From assembly GCF_009914755.1 (NCBI RefSeq), contig NC_060936.1: 64,000 nt of DNA. One strand, written 5' to 3'. Below the pieces are notes generated by a model that did not search any database, was not told where the DNA came from, and saw only the letters and a program-made list of their open reading frames with translations. Position numbers and translations under genes: made by a program. The stretch comes from the human T2T-CHM13v2.0 reference genome, Homo sapiens. Below are positions 1-32,614 of the stretch, in pieces (the stretch's first letter is position 1; each line of letters opens with the position of its first letter).

Positions 1-243
1 ATCCAATTTATGTAAAGAAATCTAATTCATTGTACAAGAAAGTATAAGGATATTTTTTGTTAAAATATTTGAAGAATGAGGCTTCATATGTGAGGCACTA
101 AGTTGTGTTTGTAGGCTGTGTTGCTTAAATCTTTACTAAGGGAAAATTTCTAATATTACAGAGATAAAATATCTTTCTTTTCTTTTTAAGTGTCTGTGTT
201 ATGTTTGGATAATTCTGAGTCTGAATAATTTGAATCTTGGCAG

Positions 244-354
244 GTTGTCAATAGGGTGACTGGAAATTTCAAGCATGCATCTCCTATTCTGCCAATCACT
301 GAATTCTCAGACATACCCAGAAGAGCACCAAAGAAACCATTGACAAGAGCTGAA
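244..354 (+). CDS. TMPO: TMPO (LAP2beta) internal coding exon, VVNRVTGNF...KPLTRAE; beta-type alternatively spliced exon
   Basis: cag|GTT at 241-246 and GAA|gtaaat at 352-360; 111 nt, phase 0-0; translation matches the LAP2beta protein as I recall it. Confidence 0.95.
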
Positions 355-962
355 GTAAATGAATACAATTTAGATCGATGCTATCATTGATCTTTCAAAG
401 AGGAAATATAAATATTTGTTTGTTTTTTTTTTTTTTTTTTTTTGGAGTGGGAGGGAGCAGAGCTTTCTTTATTGGGTGGTGTGTGTAAATATGCATAAAT
501 TATTTTAAGGACACTTTTATTAGTGAAAACAGAAATTAACTAATATAGTTTGACATGCTAATACTATCCTCTTGCCACTGTATCCCTCTTAAGTTCCAGT
601 TTTCAAGGGAGTGGTCATTTCTGTTCTGCTTATAATATGTTCTGTTTGTCATGGATGCAAGTTTGAAAGTGCTGCTGGGCTATGAGGGAAGCTACACTTT
701 CTTTTGTTGACGGGTCAAATAAGAGACTTTAACATAACTTCATGTGGTGCTGGAATGGGTTAACTCCTGTGTAATTAAGCTTGAAAGTACTAACTGCATG
801 GTGCATTTTAATTTGAATGAATCTTTACAAAAGGAGCCGAAACATTTATTATTTTGTTCTGGACATAAAGGTAAACAGTAAAACAAGCTAAACATTATAT
901 TTTTTTTAATTTGGGCATATTGCATTGACTATAATTTTAAAACATATAGTAAAGTTTGCTAA

Positions 963-1328
<366 letters not shown>

Positions 1329-1654
1329 CAACAATATACTCTTAATAGTAAAAAACAAAATCAATGAGGGAATTAGCATTGCCATGTTAGATTACTGAAT
1401 TTTTTCCCCCCAGTTATTTAAATGTGTGGCAGTTTTTCACTCCAATAACCACATATATAAGGTATCTTCAAGAAATTTGAAGAGAGCCTTGGAAGCATGT
1501 GGATACCTAAATAATAATTTAGAAATGGCAGCTGTAAAATCTATGATAGATTTAAAGGCATTTTGTTCTCTAAAACTTACTATTTATGTTTTAATTATTG
1601 CATGTTTACACTAAATTTTAACTTGTGGTTGTTTGTTTGTCTGTTTCTTATTAG

Positions 1655-1743
1655 GTGGGAGAAAAAACAGAGGAAAGAAGAGTAGAAAGGGATATTCTTA
1701 AGGAAATGTTCCCCTATGAAGCATCTACACCAACAGGAATTAG
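1655..1743 (+). CDS. TMPO: TMPO penultimate coding exon (VGEKTEERRVERDILKEMFPYEASTPTGI)
   Basis: ttattag|GTG acceptor and ATTAG|gtattc donor; 89 nt; in frame with both flanking exons. Confidence 0.96.
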
Positions 1744-2360
1744 GTATTCAGATACATTTAAACAAGTACTAGTGTATTCTAGTAGGGAATCTTTATTTTT
1801 AATTCTTCATCACAAAGTTACTGTACTTCTGCTCAGAATTAAGCTGTTTTTTTGGAGCCAGGTACAATGGTACATGCCTGTAGTCCCAGCTACTCAAGAG
1901 ACTAAGGCAGGTGGATTGCTTAAGCCCAGGAGTTCGAGACCAGTCTGGGCAACATAATGAGACTCTGTCTACCCACCGACTTTTAAATAAATAAGTGAAC
2001 GAACTGTTCTTTTGGGAGCAGTTTAATTCCCCTAAGCCCACCAGTAAATATTCTTGAAAGTTGAATGAGTTTCAAAATTGCAATTGGTAAATGGAGGATT
2101 TTAAATAAATCACTTACTTACTACTTAAATTCATATGTTAAAATCTAAACGAAAATCTAGTGAGAAATAGTTTTTCCCCCCTAAGTTTCTCTTTTCTAAT
2201 TGAAAAGGCTGTGTTTATGTATCTTAATTTTTAACTGAAAGAAACACAGCCAAAACTGTTTTGTTTTTCCTCTTTACTCCTAAACATGAGCTTTGAAGAG
2301 CCTTTAAGAAGGCAGGTTTAGTGACTATTTATCAGTGTTCTGAATATTCTTTTCTAATAA

Positions 2361-2675
<315 letters not shown>

Positions 2676-2869
2676 TAACTTTTAAAATAGAAAATATGTA
2701 GAAGTTTTAAATAGGTTGACTGACCTCACTGCTTTATATGTGTCAATTTTCTACTGTTACCTCAGGGAATGTGCTTGGAATTAGGAGTGGCAATGACATT
2801 TTATGTTATTTCTCTAAATCATGCCTTTATCTAAAATTATTTTTCTTTTCCTCCTTTCACTCCCAACAG

Positions 2870-3155
2870 TGCTAGTTGCCGCAGACCAATCAAAGGGGCT
2901 GCAGGCCGGCCATTAGAACTCAGTGATTTCAGGATGGAGGAGTCTTTTTCATCTAAATATGTTCCTAAGTATGTTCCCTTGGCAGATGTCAAGTCAGAAA
3001 AGACAAAAAAGGGACGCTCCATTCCCGTATGGATAAAAATTTTGCTGTTTGTTGTTGTGGCAGTTTTTTTGTTTTTGGTCTATCAAGCTATGGAAACCAA
3101 CCAAGTAAATCCCTTCTCTAATTTTCTTCATGTTGACCCTAGAAAATCCAACTGA
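2870..3155 (+). CDS. TMPO: TMPO terminal coding exon (beta/gamma isoforms) with the inner-nuclear-membrane TM helix, ending DPRKSN*
   Basis: Long polypyrimidine tract + cag at 2867-2869; ASCRRPIKGAAGRP...IPVWIKILLFVVVAVFLFLVYQAM...; TGA at 3153-3155. Confidence 0.97.
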
Positions 3156-4135
3156 ATGGTATCTCTTTGGCACGTTCAACTTGGTCTCCTATTTTCAATA
3201 ACTGTTGAAAAACATTTGTGTACACTTGTTGACTCCAAGAACTAAAAATAATGTGATTTCGCCTCAATAAATGTAGTATTTCATTGAAAAGCAAACAAAA
3301 TATATATAAATGGACTTCATTAAAATGTTTTTGAACTTTGGACTAGTAGGAGATCACTTTGTGCCATATGAATAATCTTTTTTAGCTCTGGAACTTTTTG
3401 TAGGCTTTATTTTTTTAATGTGGGCATCTTATTTCATTTTTGAAAAAATGTATATGTTTTTTGTGTATTTGGGAAACGAAGGGTGAAACATGGTAGTATA
3501 ATGTGAAGCTACACATTTAAATACTTAGAATTCTTACAGAAAAGATTTTAAGAATTATTCTCTGCTGAATAAAAACTGCAAATATGTGAAACATAATGAA
3601 ATTCAGTAAGAGGAAAAGTAACTTGGTTGTACTTTTTGTAACTGCAACAAAGTTTGATGGTGTTTATGAGGAAAAGTACAGCAATAATCTCTTCTGTAAC
3701 CTTTATTAATAGTAATGTTGTTGTAGCCCTATCATACTCACTTTTTAAGACACAGTATCATGAAAGTCCTATTTCAGTAAGACCCATTTACATACAGTAG
3801 ATTTTTAGCAGAGATCTTTTAGTGTAACATACATATTTTAGAGAATTGTTGGCTAGCTGTACATGTTTTGAAAAGCTGTTTAGCTAGCTATAAGGCTATA
3901 ATTGGAAATTTGTATTTTTTATTTACAGCAAAACATTTATTCAGTCATCCAGTTTGCTACCAAAATATGTTTTAGATAAGTGTGTGTATGTTTGTTTAGA
4001 AGTTAGAAATTGTAAACACTGGTCTTATGTTTCATTTGGATTCATTATTGCATTGTCTTGTTACCAGAAACAAATTTTGCCGAGCTTTTTTTGCCCTATA
4101 TTTCCCAGCATAATTTGATTAGAAAGTACAAAAAG

Positions 4136-4455
<320 letters not shown>

Positions 4456-4514
4456 TTACATCATAAGCAGTAGTTAATAAAGTTGTATACTCTTAAGAGG
4501 TGGGCATTATGATT

Positions 4515-4758
4515 ATTTTTTATTTTTTTATTTTTTATGAGATGGAGTCTCACTCTTGTCACCCAGACTGTAGTGCAGTGGCACGATCTGGGCTCGGTGC
4601 AACCTCTGCCTCCCAGGTTCAAGCAATTTTCCTGCCTCGGCAGAGACGGGGTTTCACCATGTTGGCCAGGCTGGTCTCGAACCCCTGACCTCAAGTGATC
4701 AGCCCACCTCAGCTTCCCAAAGTGCTGGGATTACAGGTGTGATCCACTGCACCCGGCC
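4515..4758 (-). mobile_element. Alu in TMPO 3'UTR (antisense, internal deletion of roughly 60 nt)
   Basis: TSD GGCATTATGATT at 4503-4514 and 4759-4770; sequence jumps from cctgcctcgg to cagagacgggg. Confidence 0.93.
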
Positions 4759-5587
4759 GGCATTATGATTTTGTGTACTCTTGAAATGGTTATCTTTGTG
4801 GATGATTTTTTTTTTTAAGCTGAAACTTACCTCATGAATAACTTGATTAAAGTAGTAGGTGATTAAAATTTCAATAGAATCAAATGAGACAAAAATTTTA
4901 AACTGACTCATTTGAGTTTCAACTTTACAGTCATTGACCATAAAGCACACTAAAAATGTAAGTTATTTTTAAATACATCTGAAATAAAAATACTTACTAA
5001 AAAGGAAGAAGCCGAAGATGTATATTTAGACCAGCACACAATTTTGATTTCAATTAGCCTTATTCTAATATTTAGCTTTTAGATCTTTCATACACATTTT
5101 CACGTACTTTGCAATTGAGACCAGAAAGACTTGTAGGTCTTTCTGCAGAATGAGTGGGTCCTTGCAAAGTGAGTGGGAAACTTACTCCTAGATCAGAAAT
5201 GTTTGCCTCTCTGAGTAAAATGTTTCTTTCAGATGAGCCATAGAGGGGGCACCTTTTACTCAACTTTTCTTTGTTTTGAAACTTTGTTTCCCATACTGTT
5301 TTCAGCCTTTTGTTTATAATTAGAAATTGTGAGAAGCTTCATTTAGTGTTTAAAAATGTGGGGAGATAAATCAGACTTAACATGTATGTAAGATCAATTC
5401 ACTTAAAAGTATGGTCCAAATAGCAAAAATAGGACCAGGTGAAACATGTAGTCATTTTTTAAAAACATGTACTTGGTCTTTTGTGTGTGTCTGTTTTATT
5501 CCATTAGAATAAATGTGTCCTTGATGTAAATGCAAAGCATTTCTTCCTGATTAAATTGTAGATGTAGACTTTACAATATAATTCAAT

Positions 5588-5628
5588 AATAAAAAGTAAT
5601 TAACCTCTAGTTTTGTCGTTGCAATAAA
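5588..5628 (+). terminator. Distal TMPO polyadenylation signals
   Basis: AATAAA at 5588-5593 and 5623-5628, followed by GT/T-rich sequence. Confidence 0.65.
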
Positions 5629-6082
5629 TGGTTTTCAGATAGCACAAACTGTGATTTCTGGATAACATTTCTTATGTGATATTTATGGATTATTGTGTTT
5701 TATTTCAGTCTGTTCATATGTTTTACTTCTTATTGTAATCGGGTTCTCGTTTATTCAAAGGTAAGCAATGTGTAGCTACTGTACTCACAGAATGACATTA
5801 AGCGCTCCAAGGCACCTCTCCCACACCTAGTTCCTTTCTCCCACCACTTTTACTGTCTTTAGTATTTACCTATGACCCTTATGATTGTTAGTCTTGCTTT
5901 GAGACTAAGCCCGTGTCACTGTGATACGTCATGGAGCTGTGCTCACAAGATGAAAGTGCCATTATGTCTTCCTCATTCATGTGTCCCCAGAGGTGATTTG
6001 ACTTAAATTAGTGTTTCTCAAGGTAGTATAGACACCATAATTAATTATAAGGCAAATCGCATCAAAGGCTTAAAACAACAAG

Positions 6083-6270
6083 TTTTATTGCATGCTTACC
6101 ATGTGCTAGGTACTTTTCTATGTGCTTAATATGTATTGATTCACTCAATCCTCACGATAATCCTATGGAGTAGGCATTTTCGTAATATCATTACAAATGA
6201 GGAAACTGATGGTTAGAGGTGTTAGGAAGCTTCTTCATGTTTGCACACAGCTGAGAAGTGATGGCTCTGG
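6083..6270 (-). mobile_element. MIR remnant
   Basis: aatcctcac...aatcctatg...tacaaatgaggaaactga core resembles the MIR consensus. Confidence 0.7.
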
Positions 6271-6505
6271 TTGCATATAATATGGCAGAGGGAACCTAAA
6301 ACAAACAATTCTCTGTTTACATGCTTTAAACCAGTTCTGTGTTCAGCCCTGCTCCTTTCACAACTTTGGTGGTGCCTTCTGAGTTTCAAACCTCTGAAGC
6401 GTTCTTTTGGGTAAAGTAGCTCACTCCTAGTTTTTCTTGTTTTTGTTTTTGTTTTCTTTGAGACAAGGTCTCACTTAATCTTTCTCTGTGGCTATTTAAA
6501 TCTTC

Positions 6506-9900
<3,395 letters not shown>

Positions 9901-10598
9901 CAAGGCAACTTTAGTGAAGCTATTGCGTACCAGTTTATGATAAAGGGTGGGGGAAGAAAAACAATGAAAGACAACTTAGCAACTGGAGAAAACTGTACAC
10001 ATGACATGGGTAATCAGCAATTAGTTACTACTACTCATTAGTAATAGTGCAAGTCAGACAGTAATGAAACATCTTTAAAGTGATGAAAGAAATATCAGTG
10101 TAGATACCCAGCAAAAATATCCTTCAAAATAAAGGTATCTTCAGATTAAACTACAAATGGAAAAGAATACTAGATTAAAACTGGAATTACACAAAGGAAT
10201 GAAGAGTGCCAGAAATGGTAAATTTATGGCTAAAGACTTTATTGTTTTTCTTTAAAAAGTAGTTTACTGTTCAATACAAAATTGTAGTCATGTATTGTGG
10301 GATGTGAAATGTAAAATGTATGTCAATAAAGATAAAAAATGAATATTGTTATCACGTTCTTATATGTAGATTAATATTATTTGAAGATAGACTGTAATAG
10401 GTTAAAGATGCATATTGTAAACCCTAAGGTAGCCATTAATAACAAAACAGAGGTATAGCTAGTAAACTAATGGAGTACATAAAATGTAACACTAAGAAAA
10501 AGACTCAATCCAAAAGAAAATGGGAAAAGAGGAAAAAACACTGGAGGGTTGGGAAAAGTAGAAAACAAGTAATAAGATGGTAGTCTTAAATCCAACTA

Positions 10599-11042
<444 letters not shown>

Positions 11043-11349
11043 TATATCATTGTATTAGAAGTGATTTAAGAAAGTTTATGAATTTGTGTTGGGCCACATG
11101 CAGCCGTGGGCTGCGGGTTGGACAACTTTGGTCTAAATTAAAAGGTGGATACTGTCGGATTGGATTTTTAAAAGTAAGATCCAACTATATGCTGTCTACA
11201 AGAAACATTTAAAATATTGAGTTACAGGTTTAAAATGAATGAAAGAGTACACCATGAAAAAAACTATAATAAATCCAGAATGGTTACATTAATATCAAAG
11301 TAGACTTTAGGAAAAGGACTATTACTGTAGATTTTTAAAAAGACATTCA

Positions 11350-11690
<341 letters not shown>

Positions 11691-12397
11691 CTAAATGTGT
11701 ATGCACTCAGTAACAAAACTTCCAAATACATGAAGCAAAACGTGACAGAATCAAAAGGAGAAATAGACAAATACCAAAGTCTAGTTGGAGATTTCAACAC
11801 TCTTCTTTCAGTAGCTGGTATAACAAAAATTCAGCAAGTTTATAAAAGACATTAACAGTACCTTCAACTAATTTGACCTAATTGACATTTATAGAATGCT
11901 ACATCCAATGACAGCAGAATACACATTCTTCTCAAGGGCACATGGAGCATTCATAAAGATATAATTTTTGTTGGGTAATAAGTCTCAATAAAGTCTCAAA
12001 AAAATTGAAACAAACTATACTTCCTCATCAGGATAGAATTAAAAGTCAATAACAAAAGCATATCTGGAAAATCCTCAAATATTTCAAGTTAAATACCATA
12101 ATTAAATCCATGGGCCAAAGAAATCACAAGGGAAAGTATTTTGAACCAAATGATAACTCAAATAATCATGCAAATTTAATATAATCACATGTATCTGCAT
12201 ACACAGAGAATATATTTCCATTATATAGATCTGACAAAGAACTTGTATTCAGAATATATAAAGAAAACCTAAAGAATTGGTCAAGCATGGTGGCTCACAC
12301 CTGTAATCCCACCACTTTGGGAGGCCGAGGCGGGCAGATCACGAGGTCAGGAGTTTCAGACCAGCCTGGCCAATATGGTGAAACCCTGTCTCTACTA

Positions 12398-12565
<168 letters not shown>

Positions 12566-12988
12566 CTAAAAAGAAAGCCAAAAGAATTGAGGGTTTCAGT
12601 AGATATTTAACAAAATATAGGAATGGCTAGTAACCACTGGTGCAACATTATTAGTATTCAGAGGAATGCAAATTAAAATTACAATGAACTACATACCCAT
12701 TGGAATGCCTAAAATTAAAAAGCTTGACAACAAAATATTGATGAGGATGTGGAGAAGCTGGAACTCATACATTGCTGGTGGGAGTGTAAAACATTTGAAA
12801 AACAGTTTGGCAATTGTTGTATATTGTTAAGCATACACTTACCATAAGATGCAATAATTCCACTCCTAAGTATTTTCTGAAGAGAAGTGGAAACATGTCT
12901 ACAAATCTTTTATTCATAATAGCAAAAAACTAGAAATAACCCAAATATCTAACAAAGGACAGTGGTTAAATTCTAGTATATGCATTCA

Positions 12989-13180
<192 letters not shown>

Positions 13181-13541
13181 CTACTAAAAATACAAAAATT
13201 AGCTGGGCATGGTGGTGCGTGCCTCTAATTCCATCTATCTGGGGGGCTGAGGCAGGAGAATCACTTGAACTTGGGAGGCTCTAAGATTGCAGTGAGCCAA
13301 GATCGTGCCACTGCACTACAGCCTGGATGAGAGAGCGAGACTCTGTCTCAGAAAAAAAAAAAAGAATAAAAAGGGGCTGGACACAGTGGTTCACGCCTGT
13401 AACCCCAGCACTTTAGAAGGCTGAGGCAGGAGGATTGCCTAAACCCAGGATTTCAAGACCAGCCTGGTCAACATAGTGAAACCTCATTTCTATTTTAAAA
13501 ATATATACTTTTAAAATATATAACATTATACAGACAGATAG

Positions 13542-13542
<1 letters not shown>

Positions 13543-13594
<52 letters not shown>
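13543..13594 (+). repeat. (GATA)13 tetranucleotide STR
   Basis: Perfect GATA run between a + FLAM tail and a - Alu tail. Confidence 0.97.
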
Positions 13595-13808
<214 letters not shown>

Positions 13809-13840
13809 TGAACTCCTGACCTCAGGTGATCCGCCTGCCT

Positions 13841-14523
<683 letters not shown>

Positions 14524-14539
14524 TAAAAAGAAAGCCTGG

Positions 14540-20275
<5,736 letters not shown>

Positions 20276-20276
20276 A

Positions 20277-24170
<3,894 letters not shown>

Positions 24171-24313
24171 GATAGACAGATGTTGTCTGCATAATATGCC
24201 TTGACAGCCAGGATGCTCTTACTGTCACTTTCTCTGCCCTCTCAACTTATAGGGGTGCGCACGTGTGTGTGTTGTTGTTATAAACAAAAATATCTATAAC
24301 CATGTAAAGTTGT

Positions 24314-24987
<674 letters not shown>

Positions 24988-25232
24988 GTTGTTTAATCCT
25001 AAATGGGGCTGGAGCCAGCTGTATTATTTTAGATTATGAGGTTTTAAAATTCTGGTTCTTCTCATTTTTATCTGTTATCTATCCCTCCTTTTAGCTGCCA
25101 GCTGACTCGGTATCTAATAGCCTCTCCTTTGATCCCTATTAATTTTTATCTTCTAACCTTTTGGTGGTTCAAAATGCTGATCTCCAAGCTTACTAGGTTT
25201 CAGCCAAGAAAAGATCAAACTGTACTCACTAA

Positions 25233-25484
<252 letters not shown>

Positions 25485-25665
25485 TAGTAGAGACGAGGTT
25501 TCACCATGTTGGTCAGGCTGGTCCCAACCTCCTGACCTCGTGATCCGCCTGCCTCAGCCTCCCAAAGTGCTGGGATTACAGTCGTGAGCCACTGTGCCCT
25601 GCCTATTCACAGTCTTTGTATGTGTTTTCTTCCCAGTGAGGCTTTAATTTTTCTTTTTTTTTTGA

Positions 25666-25824
<159 letters not shown>

Positions 25825-26140
25825 TAGTAGAGATGGGGTTTCTCCATGTTGAGGCTGGTCTCGAACTCCTGATCTCAGGTGATCCACCCGCCTCAGCCTC
25901 CCAAAGTGCTGGGATTACAGGCTTGAGCCACCGTGCCCAGCTGCTTTAATGTTGTTTTGTTAATTAACCATATAAATCTTGATGTAAGAGGACTTTAACA
26001 AAGCTGAACATAAAGAATTGAGTTTATGTATGCATTAAATCCATCAAGTGAGCATTCAAATGTTCTCTCTATAGTATGTTATTTCAGGGTCTAAATGTGT
26101 TGCTACAATAGATTGCTTTCAAACAGAACTCCTATATTGC

Positions 26141-27640
<1,500 letters not shown>

Positions 27641-27712
27641 CACAGTTTTATCAAGGAAAAGAGCATAAAATGCTCTACTTAACTATATACAGTGTATTTT
27701 TAATTAATACCT

Positions 27713-28802
<1,090 letters not shown>

Positions 28803-28850
28803 CGCCTCAGATTTTATAGGTTAGTTCTGGCACAGTTTTAGTAAAAGTAA

Positions 28851-29265
<415 letters not shown>

Positions 29266-29823
29266 TGACCTCCCAAAGTGCTGGGGTTACAGGCATGAGC
29301 CATCGCACCTGGCCTAAAATTGCTTCTTAACCATTTAGAAAATCTTGAAAACAAGGCATCTTGGAAAAGGGTCCCCTGAAAAACAATTGTTGTAAACTAA
29401 GCTGTTGGCTTCTGCAGGCTTCTAATACAATATAAATACTAAGGTAAACTGTAGGACAGATAAGTCTATTTTAGGCTATGACTCTGTAACATGGTGAGTA
29501 CAAAGAATGTAACTGCTCTCTAGTGACCCTTGAACTTAGAACTGGAACCATATCTCAAATAGGTTTCTCTAAGGTAGGCTTGGCAGCATTAAATCATTCA
29601 GAAAATATTTATAGAACATTTTGGATACACATGGCTGGCACCCTAGGGGCAAGAGTCCACCGATGAGCAAACCAGACTCTTGTAGAACTTAGGATCTTAT
29701 GACTAATGTAAAGGAACTAAATGCTTTCTCAGCCTGAGTAAATGGGACCAATTCAACCCTGCAGTTCAGAATGCCTGAAATGAATAGATTCAATAAGGTG
29801 AGTTATTCCTGAAGAAAGGATTA

Positions 29824-30072
<249 letters not shown>

Positions 30073-30320
30073 CTATAAAAATTTTTAAAAATTAAAATTA
30101 AAAATAAATATATAAATATTTTTTAAAAGAAAGTAAAGATATGCTCAAAAAGTAATGGGACATGTTAAAAGTACACAGGAGCCAGCTGGCAGGGGCTCCC
30201 AAATAGGATAATTTGAACATCAAAACAAAAGTAGGCTGGGTGCGGTGACTCACACCTGTAGTCCAAACAGTTTGGGAGGCTGAGGAGAGCAGATCACTTG
30301 AACCCAGAAGTTCAAGACTA

Positions 30321-30632
<312 letters not shown>

Positions 30633-30961
30633 TCATTCTTTTTGTTTTGTTTTGTTTTGAGACAGAGTCTTGCTCTGTCACCCAGGCTGGAGTGCAGTGG
30701 TGTGATCTTGGCTTGCTGCAACCTCTACCTCCCAAGTTAAAGTGATCCTCCCCACCTCAGCCTCCTGAGTAGCTGGGACTACAGGTGTGTGCCACCATGC
30801 CTGGATAATTTTTGTATATTTACTAGAGATAGGGTTTTGCCATTTTGGCCAGGCTGGTCTCGAACTCCTGGCCTTAAGTTATCTGCCTGCCTTGGCCTCC
30901 CAAAGTGCTGGAATTATAGGCGTGAGCTACCGTGCCCAGTGGAAGCTCATACTTATAGTAG

Positions 30962-31183
<222 letters not shown>

Positions 31184-31725
31184 TAATTTTTGCATATTTA
31201 GTAGAGATGGGGTTTCACCATGTTGGCCAGGCTGGTCTCAAACTCCTGACCTCAGGTGATCCACTTTAGTCTCCCAAAGTGCTGAGATTACAGGCATAAG
31301 CCATGCATCTGGCCTGAAGCAAAGATTTAGAAAATCATGTAATCATGGTAATTGTTGATTCAGGCAAGAATAATCAATAGATGTGAAAATTACTGGGTAT
31401 GTGATTTTTGAAAAACAGGATATTTACATAGTCTCAAAAGTATCTCTTTATAAATTACTGGTTAATTACAAAGGGAAAAATAATAACTTTACAGTGAAGA
31501 AATTTGATAGACACCACCTTTAACTAAGTGATCAAAGTTAACCTCACCCTAGGAATGGTATAAATCACCAAGTGTTTCCTGAGGGGTGCACTGAGCAGAA
31601 TACATCACTCACGCAGTATCCCTTCTCTAAATGCACAACCTGAATGGAATCACAAAACTTCAGACAACTCTCAACTAAAGGAAATTTTACATAAATCGCT
31701 GGCCTGTACTCCTAAAAAATGTCAG

Positions 31726-32614
31726 GCCATTCTAAGTGGCATGAGATGGTATCTCACTGTGGTTTTGATTTGCATTTCTCTAATGACCAGTGATGATGAG
31801 CTTTTTTTCATATGTTTGTTGGCCGCATAAATGTCTTCTTTTGGGAAGTGTCTGTTCATATCCTTCACCCACTTTTTCATGGGGTTGTTTATTTTTTTCT
31901 TGTAAATTTGTTTAAGTTCCTTGTAGATTCTGGCGATCATTAAAAAGTTGGGAAACAACAGATGCTGGAGAGGATGTGGAGAAATAGGAACGCTTTTACA
32001 CTGTTGGTGGGACTGTAAACTAGTTCAACCATTGTGGAAGACAGTGTGGCGATTCCTCAAGGATCTAGAACCAGAAATACTGTTTGACCCAGCAATCGCA
32101 TTACTGGGCATATACCCAAAGGATTATAAATCATTCTATTATAAAGACACATGCACACATATGTTTATTGCAGCACTATTCACAATAGCAATGACTTGGA
32201 ACCAACCCAAATGCCCATCAATGATAGACTGGATAAAGAAAATGTGGCACATATGCACCATGGAATACTATGCAGCCATAAAAAAGGATGAGTTCATGTC
32301 CTTTGCAGAGACATGGATGAAGCTGGAAACTATCATTCTCAGCAAACTAACACAGGAACAGAAAACCAAACACCGCATGTTCTCACTCATAAGGAGGAGT
32401 TGGATGATGAGAACACATGGACACAGGGAGGGGAACATCACACACTGGGGCCTGTTAGGGAAAGGGGGGCTAGGGGAGGGATAACATTAGGAGAAATACC
32501 TAATGTAGACGACAGCATGATGGGTGCAGCAAAACACCATGGCACGTATATACCTATGTAACAAACCTGCACGTTCTGCACATGTATCCCAGAACTTAAA
32601 GTATAAAAAAAAAA
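31726..32614 (+). mobile_element. 5'-truncated L1PA with a 5' inversion (twin priming): 31726-31933 inverted, 31931-32614 sense
   Basis: Sense part encodes the ORF2 C-terminal CCHC knuckle [18 protein letters not shown], then the L1PA 3'UTR and A tail; the inverted part is the adjacent upstream ORF2 sequence. Confidence 0.93.

Noticed and set aside
5237-5253. CTCF-like AGGGGGCAC in the TMPO 3'UTR
   Set aside because: The 5' half of the motif does not match
5611-5760. Resemblance of HFLCDIYGLLCFISVCSYVLLLIVIG to a GPCR TM3
   Set aside because: No DRY-like motif without assuming a frameshift, no other TM segments in order, and T-rich DNA readily yields hydrophobic translations
31948-32484. 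178-aa ORF as an independent zinc-knuckle gene
   Set aside because: It is the L1 ORF2 C-terminus of a truncated element, starting at a non-ATG codon with no promoter
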